Assembly (NCBI GenBank): GCA_030704615.1
Contig: CM060731.1
Coordinates: 62,124,001-62,188,000 of the forward strand
Length of the DNA: 64,000 bases
Direction: 5' to 3'
Source of the DNA: Takakia lepidozioides
Lineage: Eukaryota; Plantae; Bryophyta
Shown: piece after piece, positions 22,374 through 36,320 of the stretch
How the letters are laid out: every line of letters begins with the position of its first letter
How positions within the stretch are numbered: the first letter of the stretch is position 1
The notes under the pieces: generated by a model
What the model saw: the letters and a program-made list of their open reading frames with translations, nothing else
Databases searched by the model: none
Told to the model about the DNA's origin: nothing
Program-made: the position numbers and the translations under genes

Positions 22374-25300
22374 GACACCTTCTACGAAACAATCCGTGAA
22401 TCAGAGACTGGGTACCTCAAAGAGAGATGTCCGCAATGAAGTAAATCCAGAGCCGACTCCATCAATGAAGATGAGCGAGAACCGGGTTGTTCACAACCTG
22501 TCCGACTCAGACGAGGTCCTAGAAGTTCCAAGATCATCTTGGAGATCAGGCAAGTCCTCAATGGACATCAGCGGACGAGGGAGTCATATTCCCAGCACGA
22601 GCTCCGCAATTCGATCCATTCTTGAACTTCTGCGAGGGCTTCATATGGAGGGACACAACTCGGAGCTGGCTGGGCTGGACTACAACAAGTTTGCAATTAA
22701 ATCCGTTACATGCCTTCCCGCAGACGTCGACGGTAATATCTTTTTTGAGTTCCGTCCTCGAACGGACTATTCCAGGGTGTCCGGAATGTTGACAGATATG
22801 GATAGGAAACATGACAGTCATCCTTGGTGTGTCACCAAAACCACCAGCATGCAGATGCTCGATGGTGTGCGGGTGCGCTACGTTGTTTGTGAGGGCGCGT
22901 TGTGGTGTTTCTCTCCAACTTGCTTCCACTTTAAATCCAAAGGTCACAGGAACGAGACGGATTGGACGGGCACAACTCATCAACTATTCGAGCTGAGGAG
23001 AAGGTTCCAAACTCCACATTTAAGTGTGCGCATTGCAAAGAACCACCACATTGCATGTCTGTTTGTAATGCCAAGCAGTTCTATGTGTTGCACCATTTCC
23101 CTGACCTCACACGAGCTTGCATACACGTTGGTTCCCATTGTCACAAATTGGCGAGGGGAAACTTGCGAGAGGCTGCCCACGAGGCAGAGCAGCTTGTGCA
23201 GGAGGAGGTTAAGTTGAGACTTGGTGCCAAACCCAAACAGATACAGCTGCAAGCCGCCCATAAGATGGCATTGCCTGAATTATGTCGGAAGACGGCTCCG
23301 ACAAAGTTCCTCTCGATGAGAAGGAAATGGAGGCATTGTTGGAGTCAATGTCCCACGTCTGTTCACCGAATGTCCAAAACCATATTGTCTCCTGCAAACA
23401 GAGAATTGGGCGTGGCTCGGATATGCACTCCATTCTGGAGGTGAAGCGACGATGTGGATATGACTACATTCATGGAAATAGGTTTCCAGGACAAGGGACT
23501 GAGGCAAATCGTTGTTTCGTATTCAAAATGTCCACATGTGGGCCTGGCAGCAGCGTCGAACTGGTCCACCGGATGACGAGTGGGGACTTGTCAAACAGTT
23601 GGGTCATGTTCGACCATATCAAGCGAATTATAAATCACCAGTGGGTGACAATGGGTGCACATGTCTACGACACCCAATGCAAGATGCTAATGACAATTGC
23701 TATTTGTGAGATGAAAGCAGAGGACACACAATCGGAGATGCTTCTTTGGCAGGGAATAAACGAACAGATGGCCAGGGCAGGATTGCCCCTCCCAATTTCT
23801 GTGGTTTCATGGCGGACAACGCACAAGCAAATTGGGCTGCCATCCGAAGGGTGTACGAGGAAGACCCCAATGTTCCCATGAAAGGCAAGGAGAGATCTTG
23901 TGGTTTCCATTTTCTGCAGAGCTTGTCGTAGTACACAACCAGGCTCGTGGCGCCATATTTCAGAGAGGAGCACCGTTCCATGTGTCTTGCGTGGAAGCGT
24001 GCTCCCACCTTGGATGATGCAAAGACACAGTTTGCATGTATACAGACTTGGTGGATAACGTCAGGTGCTGTAAGAAAATCAGACGAGGGAACAATGGTCA
24101 GTTGGCTAGCATGGTGGCATTATCGTTTCCTCCAGTTTGACGACTATATGCGGGAGGTGAGTTGAACGAATTCGCGTCCCGTTGAATATTATGTTACTCA
24201 TTATTTGTAACTTGCTTGTAACCTGAACATGTGCATGTGCAGGAAATGTGTCTCGACACCGACACCGACATGCTGACAACAAACATGGCCGAATAAGTAC
24301 ATTCTTCCTGGCATGCCTCCTCTGCGTTGCATCTGGTGGACATCCTTACTGCCACAACGGAGGACATTGTGAGGTCAATTATGCAGCAATGCAGGTACAA
24401 CGAGTTCTTGAAAGAGAAATAGTGGGGCTTGGGGCCAGACAGGCAGGAAATGCAGATGCGGACTGCCTCCAGATCGAAGAATCCTTGGAAGTGGACGGCA
24501 GCCTTGCGAGAGGGCCTTCGGGACACCCCATTGCTTCGAAGAGGCCAACACTTGGAATGAGATGTTCACACCCGTCCAGTGAGATGAAGACTTGACGAGG
24601 CACCTGGCGGAGAAGAGGATTCATGGTGAGCTGACAAAAATATTCGCACGCTCCCTCGTGGTCCCGTGATGTTGCCCGAGGAGGTCTCGTCAAGCACCGC
24701 AAGTCTTGCACGTTCAAGATCGTCATCTCCTTTGAGCACAGGGCACGTGCCCGATGAACATAACGAGCCATCTGTAGTAACATAATACAACATACCCAGA
24801 GACAAGAGTGTCAGAGTCACAGTGGAGAATTGCAAGGACATTGCCGGCATTTCGAGGGAAGTGTTGCGCCATCCGGGCGGATATGAGAGCACGCTGTGGT
24901 GAGATGATTCGGAGGAACCCACACGGTGCTGTACTTGCACCTTGTTTCAGCGGCAAATTTTTGACTCCCACATTTGCTCACGCCACAACGTAGACGTTTT
25001 GGTTCTGTAGGCACGACATAATGACCTGTGTATTTGACAAGCCCAAGTACGGGATTCAGGGAATGCCGGAGCCTCCGAGCGTTTGGCCTGTTGCATCGGG
25101 TTGCAACATCTCTTAAAATGAGGCGGATGCTCTTTCTGCAGAAGGATTTTGAATGGTGCAACGCACAGACGTCCCGGCCCACGCATATTCAGTTCCTCAG
25201 ACCCAGCCATTGCAGACTGCTCGGTCCAGTAGAGATGGATTGGACAATTAATCCCAAAATGCGATTCTGAAGAGTGAAGAGACGACACCTTCGCAACAAG

Positions 25301-26257
25301 TTGAATAAGACTCGGATTGCCAATGCTCTTGGGATGGCTTGTATTATTCAGAACTCCATGGACGTACCCCCACCCGGCCTTTGGCATGTTTATCGGATGA
25401 CAACTGTCGGCTCAGCTATACGCGACGACGTATACACAATTACGATTGGAATGGAGCCGACTTGCAATTGTACGGACTTCTCGTTGATGGAAGCAAAGAA
25501 GGGTTCAAAGTATTAACCGTGCAAGCATCTATATTACATTTACCTGAAGAGGTTGAGGATGAACTTGACTATTGATGACTTTATTCATGCACCAGCGTGA
25601 GCGTTGAGTGCGAGCTGCACAACTCCTCCGCCGGGATTCCAAAATCATTGATGGGCAAAGGGAATCCACCATATGGATATTTTCAATTGCATTTTGATGC
25701 ATTAGACTTTGTTTTGCAGTGTAATGAAATGCACCCCAAAACTCCTGGAATGAGACAGGCAATATTCCAAAAAACTGAGTTCCAATAGTAGCAGTTGTGG
25801 GGCCATTTCTGGAAAAATGGCGCCGGAATTTCCCTATTTTGGGCCGAAAACTGGCTAAACCACATGCACGGGAACGATGTCTGGAAAAATGGCGCTGAAT
25901 TTCCAGTTACATGGCCCAGAACTGCCCAACATCTGTGCAATCCCCGGCACAATGTACCGAAATTCGACGCCACATTTCTAAATTTTGGGGCTTACACACC
26001 TGCCATGTTGGGACCTATAGCCGCGAAATTCGGCGCCATTTTTGCAGATGTCGCTCGAAATTCGCATGAGCGGAAGATGAAATATCATGAGCACGGCTCC
26101 CAAAATTACAATTTTTCCTTCAAACAATGAATAATATATTGGTTTTTTCTGAGACATTCCATTAAAATAATGTTTTTTATATCCAAAATTTGTACTTCTG
26201 CTCATGAAAACCGATTGTCTTGCTACTCCGCTCATGCTCATGAAATAGCTAACCTCC
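22374..26257 (+). mobile_element. Right part of a decayed MULE (left part displaced by the family A insertion)
   Basis: Transposase pseudogene, subterminal AAAAATGGCGCCG-type motifs at 25813-26045, and an end GCTCATGAAATAGCTAACCTCC resembling the ends of the 48865-61641 element. Confidence 0.6.
22396..25600 (+). pseudogene. Mutator-like (MULE) transposase with N-terminal WRKY/GCM1-type Zn motif and C-terminal SWIM finger; stops and frameshifts; intron 24157-24242
   Basis: KHDSHPW; RACIHVGSHCH; WVMFDH; FMADNAQANWAAIRRVY; CGFHFLQS; TNMAE; CNCTDF...PCKH. Collinear with the intact transposase at 49284-52848. Confidence 0.85.
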
Positions 26258-29200
26258 TATCGAGGATGCCCTGCATTCTATCTTTGGAAAAGACAACATC
26301 ACGCAAATCTTTTGTTCAGTTGTTCCTGAAGAGAAGATCAAGCACACTGGCATGATCTTGATTACGTGCAAAAAACCCAGTGTCTATACACATTGGGTCA
26401 ACAAATCGCATGTGTTGGTCATTGACCGCTACATCAACTTTGAGCCACATAACAATAGTCTGAACGGAGTTGTACCACCGGCAAAGGAAATTCTCGACAG
26501 GGGTGGCGAGGCGCTAGCCGACACGGTGAACTCAATTGCAATCAAACCAGATTCAGGATCTTCTCGTGGTCACGAAGCTATGATGTCTGAAATAGACAAA
26601 AAACTAGCTGCTCATGCCATATCGATAAGAAATGATATTCGTGGAGAACTTTCTGCAATGGAATCGCGGGTGGCCACCACCTTGACAAAGCAACAGGAGG
26701 AACACCATGCGTATCTTTTGTCTCTGAAGGAATCGATCACCCAAAATCTTGGAGCGAATCTGGCGAATTTCTTTCACCATGCAAACGTGGTGAACATTGG
26801 CCAAGTTACCCCTGCCACCATGCATCACTAACTCCTCAACTGCAGAGGGTGACGCCAACAACACGCTTGATGCACAGACTGGTCAATACCACCCATTAGC
26901 TCTGATCGAGGTCCAGCATGTCGCCCCCCCAGACACGGTGACGGCCACATGGCCATGGCCAAAATCACGGCAGCACCCGATAATCAAGGTCAGCAAGTTG
27001 GTAGCTTCCCTGTTCTCTCAACCGCGCTCATCAATCCTGCCAATGTGTAATCACCCTGTGCGATCATGGACCACCGCCGCCAAAAGACAATTTCGCCCTC
27101 ATCTGCAGCTAAAGTTTAGCCGCCAGCTACCACTTTCTCTTTTTCTAGTTCTACTCCTTTCAGTCTGTGTTGTTTGCCCCGCGATCTCTCTTGCATCAAT
27201 AAAAAATCTCATTCCTCTTTCTACTGATTTACGTGCCTCTACAAACCTGCTAAGCGCCCCCATGGTGATACGATCCCACAAGACTCATCATTATGTCCAC
27301 TCTCATCCTCTACTCATAGAGATAATACGACAACTTCCACACCAACGATTGACCTGTACGCCTCTCCACCCACATAGATCCCACGCTACACGAAATACTA
27401 ACACCGCCGTGCCCATACTCTTCCCTCACTTCTGCTCAAATCACACCTTCCTGCAGCAATATAAACACTCACCAATAACTACTAGTCACTGCTCTCTCTC
27501 TCTCATGTCCTGGCCAGCAAACTCCTGCGATCTGCTGCGCCTCTACAAACACCCTGCCCCGCAACTTACCACCTTCCACAAACACCCTGTGCCGCAATCT
27601 ACCACCTTCCTTCACCTGATGGATCACGGACTAGCCCCGTCTCCCAACGCTTCAAAATTCAAAACATGCCACGTCTACCTAACTACTGGCGACGTCTGCC
27701 CTTGCTTATTCCCTTCTCATCCCCCCAATCGCCATCTCATCCATCCACCGTACTCTCTTTCCGTCCAGCCACCCACATCCATCCACCCAGATGATATCTC
27801 ATGTACCACTGACACGTGTATATACCGCCTCCATGATACTATACTACCCCTAATACGATGCCCATTATGCATTCCGTATACTCTGCCTCCATACCACAAT
27901 AATTACCCCCTAGTCACATCTACATACGTCCCCCATGCCACAAGTTACTTGCACCCACTATTCGGGGAGCCCCTTATTAATGGATGGATGAACAAACTTC
28001 ATCCAAAATCCCTACCCACAATCCGCATCATCCTCCCCTCTAGGCACCCATATACATCCCCCTTCCCAAGGTATACTCAATATACCCCTCCTATTCTCTC
28101 CACCCATACTCTACCCCGTTCTCTACCCATCAATTCTCAGAACACATAACCCCCGCTCCCTCCACCTACCCTCACACTCTTACACAGTTTCGCCATACCC
28201 ATCAGCCCCCTCTCTTTACCCATAGCCCATACCCACTACACGTAGGAAGGTCCAAACACTACCACCATCATCCCTCCTCCCCCGATAACTCCTACATATA
28301 CACCTGCTCTGACCTCATCCTATTACGATGCGGAGACATATAGCCAAACCCGGGCCCTACCACCATTAACGATATTACCAGAGAATTCCCCATAGACGCA
28401 CAAGACAGATACGATATATACTTCCAACCAGACACCGTGTCGCTAAGGCACAGCTATCGACACATTGTCGACCATTTCACCCCATTTTTCCCATGCAACC
28501 AACCCACTCACCACACGCAATACATCACAACATTTGGACTACCATCCAGCTGCTACCCGTGTCGCGCACCTCACTTCGGTAAGCTCCCCTTCAAGTTATA
28601 GTTACTCGCTTTGATGCGCGCGCCTAACTCCCAACTTGGCCGCCGGGCCAACTTGGAGCTTCGGTTGCTCACCGGGACATAACGGTCCCCCTTTACTCTT
28701 CCAAAAGACCCTGCACCAATTTGGGCCTAGTGGAGATTCCCTTTGGTAGATGGCAGTCCAGAATAGCTCCCCACTCCTTGGTCGCTTTCCGGCTCGCTCG
28801 CTTACTCACTAGTTTTTGGTCACCAACGGGCTTGCACCGTTCTCTGGGTTACTACTCCCTATATATACTTCTGTGACTATCCGCGGGGGTTTCACGAACA
28901 ACCATGCCATTTTATGGCAAACCGCCACGAAGACCCTTTATTCCCGGTGATGAGTCGCGGTGAGTCTTGGCCCACCCACCACGGCCCCATTGGACCGTGA
29001 TGAGTCCCAAGACTCCCCACGACTCCCACCACAAGGTCTCTGCCCCATGGTGAGTCCTATGCCACCCCCACTAAGTCCCGCTAAGCTACCATGACCCCTT
29101 GTGGAGCCACCCCCACCGCAACCTGGTGTGCGGGGCTCCACCTAGTGAGCGCCTCCGCCTCCTTGAGTGCCTTGGGCACTCAAGGGTGCTTTAGCCCCCC

Positions 29201-32200
29201 GTACCTATCGCTGCCACTGCCCCCACCACAGGGGTAGCCCCTCCTGCATCCCGACCCCCTGCCCTCAAGGCAAAGGGCCGCGACAACCCGACACTCTCTA
29301 GAACCTTCTTAAGACTCAAATCCTTCCCCGCGCCACATCTCCTCTTCTCTCTTATCATCCTCATTTCCCCTCTCCCAGAGACCTGTAATAGCTACCTATT
29401 CTCCCACTCAGCCCCCCATATCCGCTCCCTCCTTCACCAATTACAAAGATTACCTCCGCGTTTCCACAATTACCTGGCCGCTCCACACCCCCTATCCGCA
29501 ATCCACACCTCCCTTCACCTTTTGAACTCCAAACCCAGAGTAGTGCATAAAATCCTTGGGGACCACCTCGCCTCAGTGGCCACACCCGACTTAGACCAAC
29601 GCCGCATCACCAATCAATTCCCCTTCCTCTCCAATGATATCCTCTCTGCCACACTTCAAGCAGTCTACACCCCAATACCCGGCTATAATCCCCCAGCCAC
29701 CGCCATTACTGAGGAACCCTCACTTGCCCCCTCTCCCAACCATGCCCTCCATATTCTCGGCGACTGCCCCAGCACACTAAAGATCACCTCTTGGAACGTG
29801 GGCTCACTAGCCACTAGCATACAAAGCCTACTCCATCTCTTCACCCACTCTTTGCAACCACATATCTTCCTACTACAAGAAACCAAACTACATACTCACA
29901 ATACTAGCAGTTCCTACATAAATAAATTGCTACTTGATTACTTCCTCTTATATGGCACCCCCTAACGACCCGGCAATGTCTCTCACGCCGCGGCTCTGCA
30001 CCATACAAACCCACTAGGGGTGGAGTAGCACTTGGAATTCTTAAGACACATCACTCCCCTAGTACCACCACCAAAATTGCCATACCTATCCCCCTTTGTT
30101 CACACCTTCAAATTATCTACCTACACCCACCATCATTATGCCCTATCACCCTCATCCACCTATATATGCCCTTACATATCGACGACCTTCCCCTCATACC
30201 TGATGTATTAAACACTATTTCCCACACAGTCAGCCACCCAGATAACCAACACTACCATGTCATACTAGCAAGCGACTTCAACAGAGACATTGCACTACAA
30301 GGACACTCATTCAATGGCAAACCACCATCCCCAGCCGACCATGAATGGGCTCGATTCACCAACCTATTACAGTTCAAATACATTCCCCCGGACTCCCACT
30401 ACTCTTGGCAAGGGGGTCTTAACTACTCCTCCTTAAGCCTTCTTGATGGTTTCTACCTCAAAACCGTTAATACAATTCCATCATATCTCCTAAGCCACGT
30501 CCACATCAATAGCTTATGTAATTTAGACCACTACCCGATAACCGTGTACCTCCCCCCCTCCCTCATTCCCTTTCGACCCCTCCCAGATGTACATACCCCC
30601 TCAACCCAGCCTAGAATCCTCTCCCCCATACCCCAATGTAACATTAAGGCTTACCAAAACATTTCCACCTTGCCTCTTCAAATTTTATACATAAGATCTC
30701 TCACATACTTACCGATACTAACCTACATTTTTCCCCTGATGCCACCTGGATCGAAGCTGAGTCCATACTCACATCTACAATACAAGAAAATGACCAAGAG
30801 TGTTTTAGCCACATGTTCCGCCCCTCCCGACCTCCCCCAAACCACTCGATCAAAACAAAAACAGGGGTTACCTCACCCGGACCCAGAAACGTGAATGGAT
30901 CTCCCACCTCAACATCTACCATACGATACGTCGGGTTCTTACTATCATACCTCCTTCCTCTACCCCGCCATATAATAACTGGAGAACCGACCCCCGCATC
31001 ATCTATTTGAACACCCTCCCCACATGCCAATCTATTATGCCCCCACCTGAGGACCCACCTTCTCTTCCCCAATGGACCGCCTCCCTCTCCAAACTTGGAC
31101 GGAAAGCCAAAAAAACTGCTTATATTATCACAAAACAAAAAGCCTCCGCCAACCACAAAAAATTTGTCGCCTCTTTTGGCCAACTACTCCATGAACACCC
31201 TAAACGGGCCCACAAAGCCATCTTCAACCTTGTAATCAACCCACCCATCGACTGCCTCAGACACAAGCTAGGCCACCTATTAACAAAACCCGCTGACATC
31301 AACACAGAGATCTGGCTCCAGGCCTCGTCTTCCTATACACCTAACGTTACCAATTGTCTTCACCCCACCTACCACGCACCCAATTGCATCTGTAAAGTCA
31401 AACACTACCCATGGCACGATCTCGACGGTTTCTCACTGGAAAAGCGAGGCTCCCCCACTGTCCGTATCCTTGATCTCTTCACAACTGACTTATATGAATC
31501 ATGCCTAAAAGCTCTCTCCAAAGCTAGGGCCCCGGGCCCAGATCTCATTCCCAATGCCATACTTCAAGCACTTGACCCCCAATTTCATGTTCTTCTATTT
31601 AAATTTTTCTTCACCTATGCTACCGACTACATTGTATACCACAATCCTGGATGCATAGGTTTCTGTGCGCCGCCGTCTCTTCTCCATCGATTTGGCTTCT
31701 TCTATCTCTTCAATCCGCCGAGATTTGGCTGATTCTACACCAGATCTGAATACTACGCAAGAGCTGGACCATCCTACTATTTTAAAAAGGCGACCCCACG
31801 GACCTTAGTAACTATAGGCCCATAGCCCTTGCAAACACCATATACAAACTATTCACCAGCACACTAACTGCGATGTTATCCTCCTATGGCGAACAACACC
31901 ATATTTTAAGCGACCGCAGGAAAGCTTTCGAGCAACACGTAGCAAATACAATATGTTATCTCTGCCCTTGAAGACGCTAAACTTACTAAACAAGATATCT
32001 ATCTACTCTATATTGACTTCAAAAATGCCTTCAGTTCACTGGACCATCCCCGCCTGCTGGCCATTATGACAGATCTTGGATACCCTATAGATGCTATCCA
32101 ACTCATTGGTAATATCTCCACCAACAGCACCACCGAATACTCCGGCTCCTACTATGGATCAACCGCACCTATCCCAATATTACGTGGCACCATCCAAGGG

Positions 32201-34570
32201 GATACACTTAGCCCTTACCTATTTATCATTTTCCTTGAACCCTTGCTAAGATGGCTTGCCCGAGGTAACCTAGGATACCAATACAAAACATCCTTTAATG
32301 AAATCTCTTCAGCTGTTATGCGGACGACCTTGCCATCATTGCACACAAGCCGCAACATCTCAATCGCCAAGTTGACAAATTATCCCGCTTCAATCAATGG
32401 TCTGGTATGGAGTTAAGCCTCCATAAGTGCGCGGTCACTGCAGCCACACACCGTAGCAAACTCACAAAATCCACGATAGCCTCCCACTGTAAGCTCCATA
32501 TACACTACCAACAAAAACCCTTCCCGTTCTTAGGCCCGAACGAACCCTACACGCATCTGGGCATACAACTGGTCCCGTCACTCACTTGGCATATATAGAG
32601 GGACACAACCCTTTCCAAACTAAAAAACAAGAGTCTCGCCCTACTCAAATCTCCGGTCTCCATCCGCCCTAAACTAGCCATAATCCAGTCAGTTCTCAAA
32701 CCACAAGTCCAATACGCCTTCCACGCAGTTACCAGACATCAAGCAGCTTGACCAACAAATTATCCAACTCACCAAACAAATATGTGGCCTACCCACTAGC
32801 ACCCCGAACGCCCTCAGTCAGCTCCCCCAAGATAACTACGGTATAGGCTCCAGCTCTTTAATTATTTCTTATGCCCGCACTCTGGGGTCACAACTTCTAG
32901 AAGCCCTCAACGATCCTGGCCGCCTCGGAGCCTCACTCATCTCCTATCCGTTACCCATGGCATGTTACTCACCATCTACTCGTCTCTAGACTCATATAGC
33001 TCTCCCGCTAGACCATCCTCCATGACAAAACCTAGCAAAGCTTGGGCCAGTACACCCCCCCCTGCCCCATTACCCTTCACAATACTATCTCCCATGAAGC
33101 CCCTCCGGTCTACTTGGGGGTTACTTCCCCCAAATACCCCCCACTCCATTCACACTACACTGACAGTTCCCACTCTGGCTCACATGCCAGGAACGGTGTA
33201 TACCATGCCGCCACTAACACAGGGACTGCCCACCGACTCCCGGGCCCTGCAACCATACTTCAGGCCGAACTCATGGCTATTTATGAAGCTATTTCACAAT
33301 TAGCCTTGTTCCCACCACCATACTACATTTTCACGGATAGCCTAAACTCACTCTTTATACTCCGTAACCACCTTGCCTGTCTTTCCTCCCACCTCCACCA
33401 CCATAATAGAAACCTTATCTCTGCAATTATCAAACTCGCTATCTCCATTAAGAAAACCATTCATTTTCTCAAAGTTCGATCCCACACGGGCATCCTTAGC
33501 AATGCGGAGGCAAATCTCCTCGCCCAACTGGGGGCCTCCAAACCCCCAGTTGAACCTTTGGCAGACCCCATCCACATGCACACCCCTTTTGGCTGCTTCA
33601 CCCGGTACCTAACCCATCAGAACCCCGGCCAATCCGGAACCTTCTTTCTACTCTGACTAAAGAAGCTAACAAACAAGCCTCGGCCTCTCTTAGCTATAAC
33701 AAACTACATATCCAAAAGTGGACCAAATCCATTATACTCCACCACAAACTATCAAACCACTTTTGGCACACTAAAGCCGTATCTGATGCTCAACTACGAC
33801 AGACCCTCAAATTCAGATATGCCCAATACATGGGTCATCAGCGCAAGCACACCTTCTGGCCCACTAGCTTCCCTTCCCCGCACTGCCCACTCTGTTCCCA
33901 CATCCACGCGACCCGCGATGCCTGGCCCCATCTTCTCAATAATTGTCTCCAACCCGTCATCCACGGACTCCGTATTGCTCGACATAACCACACAGTATAT
34001 GGCATATCCATAAACTCCTCCTCAAATGTAATGTCACTCGATGGTTCTCACTCATTAATGTAGGCACCTATCAAGGCCGACCCCCGGACCATACGGTACC
34101 ACCCTGGCTGCTTCCCTGTAATTGCAATCCTCACTCACCCTGCAAATGCCTTGCCCGACTCTGCCCGGATATCCTTCTAGTCTAGGGACTTCCCACTAAT
34201 GCTCTCCCACCCACTGAACCGTCCCCTGCTTACACCATCCATTTCATAGAATTTACGTATTGCCACGACCGCTTCCCCAACTCCTCTATCCTCGAAAAAT
34301 GCCAAAAATATGCACCGCTTATCTTTGCTATCCGCAAGCGAGGATGGGCCACAGGCCCCCTTATTGTCATTTCTGCTGGCACTTGAGGGGGCATCCATAA
34401 TGCCAGCATCTCCGCACTCCAAGACAACTTTAAACTTCCTCTCACTTCCATCCATAAATGCTTTAAAGCTATACACCTCACGGCGCTCCGCTCTCTTACC
34501 GCGATCATTACCAACAAGCGTCAGCTTGAATCTATTCCCCCTCTTGCCCCCTAGGTATTCCAGTCGCCTT
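26258..34570 (+). mobile_element. Decayed non-LTR retrotransposon with APE + RT + RNase H + CCHC + restriction-like endonuclease (Dualen/RandI architecture); boundaries approximate
   Basis: APE: ITSWNVGSL, LLQETKL, ASDFN, LDHYPI (29780-30545). RT: APGPDLIPN, NYRPIAL, IDFKNAF, GTIQGDTLSPYLF, YADDL (31520-32340). RNase H: YTDSS, QAELMAI, FTDSLNS, KVRSHTG (33155-33530). CPLC..H..C and RHN (33880-33990). REL: PDILLV...IEFTYC.DR...KCQKYAPL (34165-34320). Confidence 0.85.
28560..29285 (-). mobile_element. Solo LTR of family B inserted in the LINE
   Basis: Reverse-complement homolog of 1841-2560, flanked by 5-bp TSD ACCCG (28555-28559 and 29286-29290), with no PBS or PPT. Confidence 0.95.
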
Positions 34571-35302
34571 TAGGTACCCGTGGGTCCCCTTGGGTACCAT
34601 GTAGTACCCTTGGCTCGGGCTTCTCTCCATCAGTCGGTCATTTGGTGTCCCCTGGGCACCGGCATTTCACATAGGGCCCATCCCTGAAAAGGGGCAGTAG
34701 CCGCAATGAGTCTTCTCTCTCTCTGGGTCATCCACCCCTCATCCCCCTGTCATCCTCCCGTGTAAGGGATGGATGACAGGTGGATGAAGGGCCGATGACA
34801 CTGCCATGCACGTGGTGGTCCACCCGTCGTTGATCTACTCATCCCATCCACGGCACGATCCCCCGAGCCGTCATCGCTCCCCCCTCGGTTGATCCCTCAT
34901 CCAGTGCGGGAGTGATGCCCCACCCTATGCCACATGGTCCCCCCCCCTCTTGCGCCGTCGATCCTCTCCTTTGATCGATCCCCCAGCCCCGGGGATTCTC
35001 TGCGTCCCCTCGTATCCACGTGTCACCCCCTGCCAGGATCTCCCAACCCTGTCTTCGGCCCCCGCAGTCTTAATGTTCCCCCATAGCCTGCTGCTGATCC
35101 CCCGCCTGTTCGATTCCATTTTTATCGGCCATCCACTACAAGGATTCATCCAACGGTCATAGAAGACTCCCGCCTATTGGGTCTCTGAGATGGACGGAGG
35201 GGATTGATCCCAAATGTTTGGTATTATTGTCAAGTTTCCGCGTGTTTCCTGCTGTTCTTAGGTCTATGCGTGTTTGCTGCTCTTGCGCGGGTCCTCTCGT
35301 GC

Positions 35303-36320
35303 GGGGGTTGTTATTTTATGAGCGTGGAGGCGTGAGCCTGTGAGCCCAGGAACTCGTGAGTCCAACATAGGCTCACGCCACGTCAGCTTTGAAATCCAAA
35401 CTTACAAGGCCTATTTCCGGGGGATGCGCCTATTTCTGCGGATTGATATATCTTTCAATCATTGCAGACGTTACATCCTTTCCATCCATCTTTTTCATCC
35501 ATTTAGATGTGGTGAACATACCAAGCCCTTGCATGTTTGGAATTGGATGAATGTTGTTGTTGTTGAATGAAACATTATCCAGGATGAAATTCAATGTATG
35601 CGGTTTGACTTGTCACAAGCGAATGCACTAATTATGGACGATGCATAGTCTGCTGCCTAGACGAATGTGTCCACGTCGTGTGTGTATATACATATGAAGT
35701 TGCGACATATGGACACACCCAATCATGCATATGCAATCATAGAGGGAAAGAATCCGACACATGCAGAGAGGTGGACATGGAGGGAGGGAGGGAGGGGTGA
35801 TGGTGGACGTCACCAGTGTTGAGTCGGGAGTGTCTGTAGAGGTGGAATGCTTGAGAAGATCGGATGGAGTTAGGCAAGAAGGCAAATTTGTGGAGCTTCT
35901 GTGTAGCATGCCATACTCAGTAGGAGGTAGTGGTGAGAGATAGGCTTCTTTGCGATTATGGACGCTCGTTCCCACTCTGTTTAAGTGTTATTTCATGGAC
36001 AAGAGGTTCCATGGATGAAGGGGGGGAAGGTATGCATGAAGTTTCAACGCAGTTGACAAAGACGATGGTGTCCACCTCTACAGCTCTACAAGATACGATG
36101 GCTTTGATTGTAGAGGTATCACTGTCAATAGAGATTCCAAGCAAAGTGATGGTGGTGCACTTGGAATCTGCAAAGCTACCATGAAGTTGGCCAATATGCA
36201 GCTTTCGAGTTCCCTGTGCGCTGCCATCAAACCTGGTTTCTTTAATCCAGTGACATCTCTTCAATCAATGCCAACATATTTTGTGACACCTGCACAAGCA
36301 ATGGCAGCAAGCAGTGCCCA
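35303..36320 (-). mobile_element. Terminal fragment of a relative of the 48865-61641 MULE
   Basis: 35303-35530 is a diverged reverse complement of 61420-61641 (GGGGGT..TATT.T.TGAGC..GGAGGCGTGAGCCTGTGAGCCCA...GGCCTATTTCCG...CATACCAAGCCCT). The internal limit is uncertain. Confidence 0.7.

Noticed and set aside
26797-28149. 450-aa ORF as an independent gene
   Set aside because: Low-complexity H/P/T-rich translation of the C/A-rich LINE strand. More likely decayed LINE 5' coding sequence.
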